A DNA stretch of 32,000 nucleotides from Candidatus Saccharimonadota bacterium (GTDB lineage: Bacteria > Pseudomonadota > Alphaproteobacteria > CAJXXZ01 > 1604HC). Every line of letters starts with the position of its first letter. Position 1 is the stretch's first letter. Where the stretch lies: positions 210,001-242,000 of the forward strand of contig NZ_CP043316.1 of NCBI RefSeq assembly GCF_008189405.1, read 5' to 3'. Positions 1-8,632 of this stretch are shown one piece after another. The position numbers were made by a program, and so were the translations under genes. The notes beneath the pieces are model-generated. The model searched no databases. It was given only the letters and a program-made list of their open reading frames with translations, and had not been told where the DNA came from.

Positions 1-509
1 TGGATCAATTAGAATCAGAAAATAATTTATTTAATATACGATTACAGGCAATAATATGTATGTTATACAGTACTGGATTACGCATTTCTGAATTGATCAG
101 TATTAAAATTATCTCTGTACAAAATGTTTTAAATGAAAAAAGTAAAAGTTTTAATGTGATAGGTAAGGGTATGAAAGAAAGGCAGGTTTTTATGACACAT
201 AATGCTATACAATTTTTAAAATCATATATGAATATACGTGATTCAAGTTCTGTTTATTTATGGAATTCTGGAGAAAAACATATTACACGTCAATCTGTAT
301 TTTTATGGCTACAAAAGTTGGGTATTTCTCCACATGATTTTAGGCATAAACTAGCTTCAGATTTGGTCAAGAAAGGTATGAATTTGCTGGAAGTAAAGGC
401 TATTATGGGGCATGCTAGCATTAAGACTACATCTATTTATACTCATGCACAAAACTCTGAAATTGAAATCAAAAAACATCATCCGCTATATAAGAAAACT
501 GAAGATTAA
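1..509 (+). CDS. Tyrosine site-specific recombinase, XerC/XerD family (C-terminal catalytic part; 5' end runs off the window)
   Basis: ORF 60..509 stays open in the same frame back to base 3 (DQLESENNLFNIRLQAIICMLYSTGLRISEL). Catalytic signature is present: Arg in GLRISE, H-x-x-R in HDFRHKLA, GHASIKTTSIYTH with the nucleophile Tyr, and an Xer-like C-terminal HHP tail. I cannot distinguish XerC from XerD by eye. Confidence 0.8.
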   Translation, partial: DQLESENNLFNIRLQAIICMLYSTGLRISELISIKIISVQNVLNEKSKSFNVIGKGMKERQVFMTHNAIQFLKSYMNIRDSSSVYLWNSGEKHITRQSVFLWLQKLGISPHDFRHKLASDLVKKGMNLLEVKAIMGHASIKTTSIYTHAQNSEIEIKKHHPLYKKTED

Positions 510-609
510 TTTTATATTATGTATTATAAGTAATATGTAAGCCAAATTATCAAAACCATTATCTATCATTATTTTAATTAAATTAAGAATTCCAAGAAAA
601 TGAAAAGAG

Positions 610-682
610 CAGGCGCTGTAGGGTTCGAACCTACGACACCTTGATTAAAAGTCAAGTGCTCTACCGACTGAGCTAAGCGCCC
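610..682 (-). tRNA. tRNA-Lys (anticodon UUU)
   Basis: Hand-folded cloverleaf on the minus strand: GGGCGCT/TA/GCTC..GAGC, anticodon arm CTTGA-CTTTTAA-TCAAG, T arm GTAGG-TTCGAAC-CCTAC, acceptor 3' strand AGCGCCT. No encoded CCA. Confidence 0.9.
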
Positions 683-754
683 TTAGAACTTTATTATCAT
701 GATTTTTGTAATTTTAGTCAAGACTTTTAATTATATTTAGGATATTATATTTCT

Positions 755-1330
755 ATGGATCAAAAAATAAATGTATCTAATGTAAGAGTTGGAAATGTAT
801 TAATAATGAAAGACAAGCTTTTTGTAGTTCGTAAGACTGAACATGTAAAACCAGGCAAAGGTGGTGCATTCATACAAATGGAGCTTAAAGGATTAGATTC
901 TACAACTAAACTAAATGAAAGATTTCGTTCTGAAGAAAATGTAGTAAAGGCAATTCTTGAAGAGAAACATGCTAAATTCTTATATGCAGATAATGACTCA
1001 TGTCATTTTATGTTTATGGATGATACTTATGATCAGTTTGAGATTAGCAAAGAAGATTTTAAGCCAGTATCAAATTTCTTGTATGATGGTGTTGAAATAA
1101 AAGCTATGATGCATGAAGAAAAAGTAATCAGTTTTGAGTTTGCTAGCCCTGTTGTTATGGAAATCATAGAGGCTGATCCAGTAATCAAGGGTCAAACAGC
1201 TTCATCTTCGTATAAGAATGCAGTGATTGAGAATGGAATCAAAATTCTTGTTCCAACATATATTAAGCAAGGTGATAAAATAGTTGTAAATCCTTCAGAT
1301 TCTACTTATATGGAAAGATTCAAAAGCTAA
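755..1330 (+). CDS. efp: Translation elongation factor P
   Basis: 191 aa, typical EF-P length. The KPGKGGAF loop with the conserved tip Lys is present and the OB-domain pattern runs throughout. The stop overlaps the next start (TAATG at 1328-1332). Confidence 0.92.
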   Translation: MDQKINVSNVRVGNVLIMKDKLFVVRKTEHVKPGKGGAFIQMELKGLDSTTKLNERFRSEENVVKAILEEKHAKFLYADNDSCHFMFMDDTYDQFEISKEDFKPVSNFLYDGVEIKAMMHEEKVISFEFASPVVMEIIEADPVIKGQTASSSYKNAVIENGIKILVPTYIKQGDKIVVNPSDSTYMERFKS

Positions 1331-2142
1331 TGAATACCACTAATATGAATAATAATGTTATTCAAGAAAATATATTAAAATCAGCTAACATCAATATTAT
1401 GACAGAAATCTTAGAGAAAATTGGCAGAATGCTGATTAGAGATTTCAATGAGATTAGGCATATTGCATTTGAAAAAAGAAGAACTTTTATTGAAAAATAT
1501 GAGAGTAGAGCTTCTGATATGATTATGAATTTTTTACATCAAAAAAGACCGCAGTATGGGATAATTTCAAAATCACAAACATATCAAGAAGATGAGGATA
1601 TAAAGTGGATTATTAACCCTTTAAGTGGTATTGAGAATTTTGCACATAATATTAATTCATTTTGCTGTTCAATTGCTATAATGGAGGATGATAGGATTAT
1701 TGCTAGTATGATTTTAGATCCTCTTTCTAGAGAAATGTTTTATGCAGAAAGTGGCAAAGGGGCATTCTTGAACCATAAATTGATGCATGTTTCTCGTAAT
1801 ATTTACTCTAACAAAAGCTTATTTGGAACAATTAAAGATGTTGGGCTAAACTATAGAAAAATAGGATGTCCACTATTAGATTTGGCATATGTTGCATGTG
1901 GAAGATTTGATGGGTGTATCACAAAAGTTAAACATATATGTGATTATGCTGCAGGAATATTATTAGCATCTGAATCAAAGGCTAAAATCAAAGTATACAG
2001 TGAGGAAAGTGATAGCATTACAAATGATGAGTTATCACCATTACATCCTACAAAATCAATTAATTTACCAAACTATTTGATTTGCTCAAATGAAAAGTTA
2101 CATGAATATATGTTAACAGCATTAAATGAATTTACTGCATAA
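1330..2142 (+). CDS. suhB: SuhB / inositol monophosphatase-family protein with a degenerate active site
   Basis: 270 aa, collinear with E. coli SuhB (WIINPLSGIENF vs WVIDPLDGTTNF; LLDLAYVACGRFDG vs ALDLAYVAAGRVDG; CDYAAG vs WDFAAG). The start overlaps the efp stop by 1 nt. See the finding on lost metal ligands. Confidence 0.8.
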   Translation: MNTTNMNNNVIQENILKSANINIMTEILEKIGRMLIRDFNEIRHIAFEKRRTFIEKYESRASDMIMNFLHQKRPQYGIISKSQTYQEDEDIKWIINPLSGIENFAHNINSFCCSIAIMEDDRIIASMILDPLSREMFYAESGKGAFLNHKLMHVSRNIYSNKSLFGTIKDVGLNYRKIGCPLLDLAYVACGRFDGCITKVKHICDYAAGILLASESKAKIKVYSEESDSITNDELSPLHPTKSINLPNYLICSNEKLHEYMLTALNEFTA

Positions 2143-2511
2143 TTGAAAATATTTCTTGCGTTGTATAATTTGCAAATATTACAGATCACAGCCTATAAGT
2201 ATATGATGATTATATATGGCATTAAAATTAATTAGTTTTTTATATGATTACCCTAATGAATTTAACATAATATCCATTATGTGAAGCAAATCAATTGTGT
2301 AATTTTAGTTCATAACTTGATAGATCATAAAAACTCAAAAAGTGTGAAACTATAGAATATAAAAAATAGAATATAAAAATGAGATCAAATCGTGCTTTGA
2401 AGAATGTCCACATTCAATATATAAATACTCTAATAAAAAGAATAAGAAATGGAATTTTATGAAGGAATGAGAAAATTTCTTACTTGCGATTGTTTTGATG
2501 TATTGGTTTTA

Positions 2512-3708
2512 CTAATTATTCGCTTTTTTTGCTTTTTTATTTGATTCTAAGTAATCTCTATTAATTAATAATTCATGCTTTGAATCTTCTCTGAGTGCAA
2601 AGAAATGCTCCAAGAATATTTGTTCTAGAACAGATTTCAATGATCTCGCTCCAGTATTACGTTTCATAGATTCTTCTGCTACAAACTCCATAGCATCTTC
2701 AGTGAAATTAAGCTTGATATTGCTAAGAGAAAATAGGCTAGAATATTGTTTGATAATAGAGTTCTTAGTATCTCGCATAATCATAATCAAAGCTTCTTTA
2801 TCAAATTTATGCAGCTTGGCTAATACAGGTAAACGCCCTACTAGCTCAGGAATCAACCCGAACTTCACCAAATGTTTTATATCTATATCTTGGCTTTTAC
2901 TTTCATTAATAATAGCTTCAGATTTAAAACCAATTTTACTAGAATCAGATTCTTTAATAATCTCATCTAGGCCAGAAAATGCACCACCACATATGAATAG
3001 TATGTCTTTTGTGTTCATTATAGAGTTATCTTGCCCTTTTTTTTGCATTTTTTGTGGCAATGATATTGAAGATCCTTCAATTAATTTAAGCAATGCTTGT
3101 TGTACACCCTCTCCAGATACATCTCTAGATATTGACCTGTTTTCTGAAGTTTTAGCAATTTTATCTATTTCATCAATATATATAATTCCTTTTTGCGCTG
3201 AATCTAAGTTATAATCAGCAGATTGTAATAATTTATGTAGCATGCTTTCTACATCTTCACCTACATACCCCGCTTCAGTCAAAGAAGTTGCATCTGCAAT
3301 TATAAATGGAACATTTAATATTTTAGCTAATATTTTGGCGAAAAATGTTTTTCCAGATCCAGTTGGCCCAATTAATAGTATATTAGATTTTTCTATTTCT
3401 ATATCATCATTTATATTATTATTAGTAATCCGTTTATAATGATTAAAAACAGCAACAGATAATATTTTTTTTGCCTCTTCTTGCCCTATGATATACTCAT
3501 CAAGTATTTGCTTGATTTTATATGGAAGTGGTACTTCAATATTATCTTCAACAGAATTTTTATATTTATCTATCATTTTTGTACATAAATCTACACATTC
3601 ATTACAGATAAATGCTGAAGAAGGAGCTGCTATTAATTTCTCCACACAATTCTGATCTTTATAACAAAAAGAACAAATTACTGGAGCTTTATCTTGTTTA
3701 TATGTCAT
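2512..3708 (-). CDS. clpX: ATP-dependent Clp protease ATP-binding subunit ClpX
   Basis: N-terminal Zn-finger (CSFC...CNEC), Walker A GPTGSGKT and Walker B IIYIDEIDK are present, with ClpX-specific motifs throughout. It lies downstream of clpP in the canonical order. Confidence 0.95.
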   Translation of the reverse strand: MTYKQDKAPVICSFCYKDQNCVEKLIAAPSSAFICNECVDLCTKMIDKYKNSVEDNIEVPLPYKIKQILDEYIIGQEEAKKILSVAVFNHYKRITNNNINDDIEIEKSNILLIGPTGSGKTFFAKILAKILNVPFIIADATSLTEAGYVGEDVESMLHKLLQSADYNLDSAQKGIIYIDEIDKIAKTSENRSISRDVSGEGVQQALLKLIEGSSISLPQKMQKKGQDNSIMNTKDILFICGGAFSGLDEIIKESDSSKIGFKSEAIINESKSQDIDIKHLVKFGLIPELVGRLPVLAKLHKFDKEALIMIMRDTKNSIIKQYSSLFSLSNIKLNFTEDAMEFVAEESMKRNTGARSLKSVLEQIFLEHFFALREDSKHELLINRDYLESNKKAKKANN

Positions 3709-3770
3709 AAAAAAACCTTACCCTATTTTGTATATTATATAGTTAAGAAATACTATTCCAACCATTAATT

Positions 3771-4355
3771 TTAAATTTTTTTCCTATTTGTAACAACTTC
3801 ATCAACAATATTTAATTTAACAGCTTCTTCAGCTCTATAAATTGTATCCCTATCAAAGATCTGCTCTAATTCATCTTTAGAAATGCCAGTATGCTGGTGG
3901 TAGATATCACTCACTATATCTTTTAATTTATTGATCTCATGAACATATAGCTCTAAATCTTTTGCTTGTCCTTTCATTTGCCCTAATGGTTGATGTAATA
4001 ACACTCGGGAATTTTTCAATATAAACCTTTTATTTCCAGCACATAATAGCATTGATGCTGCAGAGCATGCTTGACCTAAACACATTGTATTAACTTTTGG
4101 ACCTATAAACATCATAGTATCGTATATTGCCAAAGCTGATGTGACAGATCCACCAGGAGAGTTGATGTAAATATATACGTCATCACTTTTACTCTCTGCC
4201 TCTAAAAATAGTAATTGAGAGCATATTAATGAAGCAACATTATCATCTATTTCTCCTGTAAGAAATATAATTCTTTCTTTTAATAGTCTAGAGTATATAT
4301 CATAAGATCTATCACCCTTAGAAGTTTTTTCAATTACAACGGGTATCAAGCTCAT
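3771..4355 (-). CDS. clpP: ATP-dependent Clp protease proteolytic subunit ClpP
   Basis: 194 aa. YSRLLKERIIFL, INSPGGSVTS, GQACSAASMLL (catalytic Ser aligned), HQPLG (His) and DRD (Asp) are all present. Confidence 0.95.
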   Translation of the reverse strand: MSLIPVVIEKTSKGDRSYDIYSRLLKERIIFLTGEIDDNVASLICSQLLFLEAESKSDDVYIYINSPGGSVTSALAIYDTMMFIGPKVNTMCLGQACSAASMLLCAGNKRFILKNSRVLLHQPLGQMKGQAKDLELYVHEINKLKDIVSDIYHQHTGISKDELEQIFDRDTIYRAEEAVKLNIVDEVVTNRKKI

Positions 4356-4357
4356 AA

Positions 4358-5941
4358 TTATTTACCTTTAGATTCTTTTGAAATCTTAGAATCAGCAGAT
4401 TCACTTGACTCTGAATTGTTTTTATCATTTTCAGCACTTGATTCAATTTTTTCTTCTGATTCAGAATCATTAGAACTTTTTGTATCAGGCAAATTAATCT
4501 GTACATCTAATGATTTTACCAACTGATCTAATTCTTCAAAGAAAGATTTGATAGTCATTTTTGCATCATTGATTTTAACTTTTAGAAGAATTTCATTTAC
4601 AATCTTATCTTCTATTACAGTATTTTCTAGTTCAGATTTAGCATTTTTATTCTTTTCAAAATAACTTACAGCTTCAGATAATCCACCTTTAAACTCAGAT
4701 GATCTGTTCATTATTTCAGAATCAACATCTGATTTGTTTAAACTAATTCCAAGATCACTTTGCACTTTCTTCATGATAAAGAAAAAGCTTAGTCTTTTTT
4801 TAGATAATTCATTGTATTTTTGGTCAATGTCTTCAAATGTACTATCTTTCATAAATCCAGCCTCCTGGATTTTCCCAAATAGAACTTTTGCCTCTTCATG
4901 AGAAAACATATTCTCTCTTTTCAATTGGAATTTAGATAAAAATCTATTCCAGAAAACTTGCACTTCCATTTTTACTGCATTAGCAGGTAATTCAAAGTTT
5001 ACCATTTTATTAAATTCATTAGACAATTGATGTTTCTTATACATAAATGAAGAATTTGAAACTCTTTTTGCTAGCATATCTCTAAACTTTGATTGGCATG
5101 CATCAACTGATGAGCATCCAAATTGTTTAGCCATTTCAATATCAACTTCATAGTTTTTAGTTTCCATGATTTTGTTAACATGAAAGTTTACAGATAGCTT
5201 CTTACCAGCAAATTTTTTCATGTCAGATGGAAGGTTTTGATTATCAAGATTTTTTGGAACATCAATAGTATGTTGAATTTTTTCACCTTCATTAAGACCA
5301 ACTAATTTTTGCTCTATTTCAGGCACAAATCTTCCACTACCCAATTTCAATTGGAAAGTTTGTTTGTCAGCAGATTTATCTAAAAGAGACATAGAAACAT
5401 TAAGAGTATCACCCATAGTAGAAGCTCTTTTTTCTGTTAACTCCACTCCTCTTTCATTGCTTTTAGCCCAAAGATCCATTTCTTTTTTAATATCTTCATC
5501 AGATATTTCAACAATAGGATTGTTAATTTCAATAGATTCAAATTTTAGATCTGGAACACTTGGCTCCATGTTTAAAGTTATGGTAAATGTTGGATCTTTT
5601 GAATCATCATTTTTGTCGAAATTTTGTTTGATTTTAATGTCTGGCTCTCCAAGAAATTTATCTTCTAGCTTAGACAAGACATTATTAATAACCTTGTTTG
5701 CAGTTTGTACAAAAGCAGCACTTGCGAAATCATTTTTCACTATAGACATAGGAACTTTTCCAGGTCTATTAAAATATTTTGTAGTATAAGTTTTCTTTTT
5801 TTCGTTAAAGAAATCTTCCATTAAATTTACAAAATCAGCATGTTTAGCATGGATTTCATATACCCTATTTAATCCTTCTGAGGAAATCAAATCATACTTT
5901 ATACCTTCAAGTAAGTCTTTATTTTCATAGGGTAAATTCAT
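4358..5941 (-). CDS. tig: Trigger factor (peptidyl-prolyl isomerase chaperone) with a Ser/Glu/Asn-rich C-terminal tail
   Basis: Position directly upstream of clpP-clpX, with a 2-nt gap to clpP. Its length and pattern are consistent with trigger factor but divergent, and the last ~42 aa are low complexity. Confidence 0.75.
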   Translation of the reverse strand: MNLPYENKDLLEGIKYDLISSEGLNRVYEIHAKHADFVNLMEDFFNEKKKTYTTKYFNRPGKVPMSIVKNDFASAAFVQTANKVINNVLSKLEDKFLGEPDIKIKQNFDKNDDSKDPTFTITLNMEPSVPDLKFESIEINNPIVEISDEDIKKEMDLWAKSNERGVELTEKRASTMGDTLNVSMSLLDKSADKQTFQLKLGSGRFVPEIEQKLVGLNEGEKIQHTIDVPKNLDNQNLPSDMKKFAGKKLSVNFHVNKIMETKNYEVDIEMAKQFGCSSVDACQSKFRDMLAKRVSNSSFMYKKHQLSNEFNKMVNFELPANAVKMEVQVFWNRFLSKFQLKRENMFSHEEAKVLFGKIQEAGFMKDSTFEDIDQKYNELSKKRLSFFFIMKKVQSDLGISLNKSDVDSEIMNRSSEFKGGLSEAVSYFEKNKNAKSELENTVIEDKIVNEILLKVKINDAKMTIKSFFEELDQLVKSLDVQINLPDTKSSNDSESEEKIESSAENDKNNSESSESADSKISKESKGK

Positions 5942-5969
5942 TTTCTTGCTCCTTTTTAAAAACGCATAA

Positions 5970-6050
5970 TACGGATGAAGGGACTTGAACCCCCACAGCT
6001 TGCGCCATTAGAACCTAAATCTAACGTGTCTACCATTCCACCACATCCGC
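5970..6050 (-). tRNA. tRNA-Leu (anticodon UAG)
   Basis: Minus-strand cloverleaf: GCGGATG/TG/GTGGAATGGTAGACAC, anticodon arm TTAGA-TTTAGGT-TCTAA, a long variable arm, T loop TTCAAGT. It is co-directional with and just upstream of tig. Confidence 0.88.
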
Positions 6051-6235
6051 TCGCGAAATTTATAACATATCGTATATAATATGTCCATGTTTTGAGTTAA
6101 TTAATTATTAAATTATTAATGAGTTTTCATTTTAAATGTAACCTTAAATATGATTTTGATATTAATTAGTTGAATTAATCGGTATAGATATTTTCATAGG
6201 GTTGTAAAATTTTATGTGATTTGATAGTATTGATC

Positions 6236-6310
6236 TGCGGGATAGAGCAGTCTGGTTAGCTCGTCAGGTTCATAACCTGAAGGTCGTAGGTTCGAATCCT
6301 GCTCCCGCAA
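6236..6310 (+). tRNA. Initiator tRNA-fMet (anticodon CAU)
   Basis: Near-collinear with E. coli tRNA-fMet (GAGCAG..CTGGT.AGCTCGTC.GG.TCATAACC.GAAGGTCGT.GGTTC.AATCC...CCCGCAA). Anticodon arm is TCAGG-TTCATAA-CCTGA. Confidence 0.85.
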
Positions 6311-6517
6311 CGTGATTATTTCTTTAATCATATTTTCTGTTATTTTTTTTACTTCGTTTTTTCTAGTTATTTCATATTATATATAGTTTTGCTTGTTCAT
6401 TTTGCTAGCTTTGATTATAGATTTAGTTTTATTTTCAGTTTGATTCTATTACTTTAAATTAGTTAGGCAGTTAAATTTCTTTGTTAATAATTTAAAATAA
6501 AGTAGAATCAATATGGT

Positions 6518-7081
6518 ATGGAAAGATGTTTTGGATCGAAAAGTAAAATATATGCAGATTATCATGATAATGAATGGGGAGTTCCGCTTCATGATGACCG
6601 AGATCATTTTGAGCTATTAATTTTAGAAGGTGCTCATGCAGGGTTAAGCTGGGAGATTGTGCTTAATAAAAGAGAAAATTATCGTAATGCTTTTTACAAT
6701 TTTGACCCGAAGTTGGTTGCAGAAATGACAGATGAACAGCTTGAAGATTTGTTGCAAAATACAGGATTGATACGTAATAGATTGAAGATTTACTCTGCTA
6801 GAAAAAATGCAATAGTATTTCTACAAATCCAGAAAGAATTTAGTAGTTTTGATAAGTATATATGGGAATTTATGAATTTTAAAATGGTTAAGAATCAATG
6901 GGAAAGCTTTGATGATGTTCCAGTTACGAGTATAGAAAGTGATAATTTGTCTAAAGATTTGAAAAAGCGTGGCATGTCTTTTGTAGGATCAAAAATTATG
7001 TATGCTTATATGCAATCAGCTGGGATGGTAAATGACCATATGATTACATGTCCTAAATGGGTGGTTATAAATGAGAAATAG
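6518..7081 (+). CDS. tag: DNA-3-methyladenine glycosylase I
   Basis: 187 aa. RCFG...YHDNEWGVPLHDD..FELLILEGAHAGLSWEIVLNKRENYRNAF matches the Tag family signature. Confidence 0.9.
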   Translation: MERCFGSKSKIYADYHDNEWGVPLHDDRDHFELLILEGAHAGLSWEIVLNKRENYRNAFYNFDPKLVAEMTDEQLEDLLQNTGLIRNRLKIYSARKNAIVFLQIQKEFSSFDKYIWEFMNFKMVKNQWESFDDVPVTSIESDNLSKDLKKRGMSFVGSKIMYAYMQSAGMVNDHMITCPKWVVINEK

Positions 7082-7148
7082 TAAATATAAGACAATATAT
7101 AGTTATAATCATCGTAATATGCTAATTTTATTGGCAAGAGGTTTGTAA

Positions 7149-7577
7149 ATGCAAGATTATAAGAAGAAATTGCAGGAATATCTTAGGTTAATGGTTAAAG
7201 ATATACTGCGTGATATTACTCGTTCAGGTTTGCATGGTGAACAGCATTTTTATATTGCATTTTCTACGCAACACCCTAATGTTTTGATTCCACCTGAGTT
7301 TAAAGAAAAATACCCTACCTCTATGACAATAGTTTTGCAAAACGATTTTGAAAATTTACAAGTTTTTCATCAGGGTTTTTCAGTGGATTTGAGTTTTTCA
7401 GGCATCAAAAATAAAGTTTCGATTCCATTTAATGCGCTAACCTATATTACAGATCCATCTGTGAATTTTTCATTAGAATTTTCTCCTGATTTAGAAGAAA
7501 TTAAAACTGAAGATGATTGTGAAATCAAAGATAACCTAATTTATTTCCCATCTAAAAACCCATACTCTGCTTCATGA
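7149..7577 (+). CDS. sspB: ClpXP adaptor SspB, alphaproteobacterial type
   Basis: GLHGEQHFYIAF...YPTSMTIVLQNDFENLQV...FSVDLSFSG...SIPFNALTYITDPSVNFSLEF parallels Caulobacter SspB-alpha (LPGEHHFFITF...YPEQMTIVLQHQYWDLKI...LSFSG...DPAAQFALKF), as I recall that sequence. Confidence 0.75.
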   Translation: MQDYKKKLQEYLRLMVKDILRDITRSGLHGEQHFYIAFSTQHPNVLIPPEFKEKYPTSMTIVLQNDFENLQVFHQGFSVDLSFSGIKNKVSIPFNALTYITDPSVNFSLEFSPDLEEIKTEDDCEIKDNLIYFPSKNPYSAS

Positions 7578-7671
7578 TTGGTTGCATTTCTTTCTTCATG
7601 ATTGTTAATGTTTTTACAGTATAATATAAGTACATTTATTTTTCTTAAAGGATGCATCATGTACTTATTTT

Positions 7672-8445
7672 TTATTTTTCCTGCATAATTACCGGCATAT
7701 GTACATATAATGGTTTTTTGATTGCGTCAGATGGTGCGTTAATTTTATTTGTTATATCAGAATTTTGTGAATTAATTTGGTTATTATAATTCTTCCCATA
7801 TATTTGTTCGCCTTGATTAACCATTCTTTCGCCTATGTTATGAATAATATGATACTTATTATCATTGTTATTTATATTTGCATTGTATGAGCTGTTTAGT
7901 ATAGTTTGATTTGAGCTAATAGCCTTATCTGAGCTTTCTGAGATATGTTGCCCTTCCCTCCCAATATTTTGATTAGTGTTTTTAGTTATATTTTGCTCTA
8001 TATTTTCTGCGATTGTTTGGTAAGTTACATTTTGATCTAATTGTTTCTTGAAAATTACTTTCCATTCATCTTGAAAAAGTATAAATATATTTTTGTTTAA
8101 TTGTATAAGTAAGTTATTTGGATTTTTTATTAAATCGTTTAAATAAAAAGATGCATATTGTATATGATTAAATACCTTTTGTAGTGCAATGATTGTACTA
8201 TACGCAATGCGAATACTAGAAAATGATCCTGGGCCACTTAAAGAGTGTACTCTATGTATGTGCTTCATTGAAATTTCATTTTGTTGCAATATTTTATCTA
8301 TTTCTATTAATAAATCTTTGGAAGCATCTTCCATGCGAGATTTAGAAACTAATTTACTATCATTCCATAATTCTAAAAAGAATACTCTTTGTATAAAAAA
8401 CATATTTAATATATACATATACAATAAATGATAGGGAGTTTTCAA
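7672..8445 (-). CDS. tsaB: tRNA N6-threonylcarbamoyladenosine (t6A) biosynthesis protein TsaB-like, with an Asn-rich insertion
   Basis: GPGSFSSIRIA matches the TsaB GPGSFTGLRIG motif, VFFLELW aligns to the ILAIDTS strand, and a C-terminal PLYV motif is present. The true start is probably the internal Met at about 8403 (MFFIQR...). Confidence 0.65.
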   Translation of the reverse strand: MKTPYHLLYMYILNMFFIQRVFFLELWNDSKLVSKSRMEDASKDLLIEIDKILQQNEISMKHIHRVHSLSGPGSFSSIRIAYSTIIALQKVFNHIQYASFYLNDLIKNPNNLLIQLNKNIFILFQDEWKVIFKKQLDQNVTYQTIAENIEQNITKNTNQNIGREGQHISESSDKAISSNQTILNSSYNANINNNDNKYHIIHNIGERMVNQGEQIYGKNYNNQINSQNSDITNKINAPSDAIKKPLYVHMPVIMQEK

Positions 8446-8632
8446 TTTAATGATAGGGAATTTTTATACTTAATCTAGTTACTAGTTTTAGGTTAATATT
8501 AGTTTTCTTCTAAATTTAGCTTAATACTACCTTGTTTTCTGAGTCTAATTATTAGTATAGTGCTCTGCTCGGATATTAGTTTGATAAACTTAGTTTATTT
8601 GCTCAATTTAGTTTGTAATGTAGAATGCATTT

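Noticed and set aside
1-682. A tyrosine recombinase next to tRNA-Lys as a possible integrase/att boundary of a genomic island.
   Set aside because: The C-terminal pattern (GHASIKTTSIYTH followed by an HHP tail) is Xer-like rather than phage-integrase-like. The neighbouring genes (efp, suhB, clpXP) are core, and no tRNA-fragment direct repeat is visible in the window.
2143-2511. 370-bp spacer between the convergent suhB and clpX, with the imperfect repeat TAGAATATAAAAA x2, considered as a lon remnant or small RNA.
   Set aside because: It is too short for a lon remnant, has no conserved RNA motif (RNase P, tmRNA or SRP signatures are absent by eye), and the repeat is low-complexity AT sequence.
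2702-3214. Long ORFs antisense to conserved genes. Examples: 2702..3214 and 3242..3439 in clpX, 5364..5789 in tig, 14149..14652 in tyrS, 18101..18931 in infB, 21337..21555 and 22660..22863 in aspS, 27662..29499 in the tricorn gene.
   Set aside because: Each lies entirely inside a strongly supported gene on the opposite strand. Their translations are Leu/Ser/Ile/Phe-rich shadow sequence with no motifs, as expected for frames complementary to real coding sequence.
7629-7666. Inverted repeat AAGTACAT / ATGTACTT followed by a T-run between the convergent sspB and tsaB, considered as a bidirectional terminator.
   Set aside because: The stem is only 8 bp of mostly A:T pairs and the loop is 22 nt, which is too weak to call an intrinsic terminator with any confidence.
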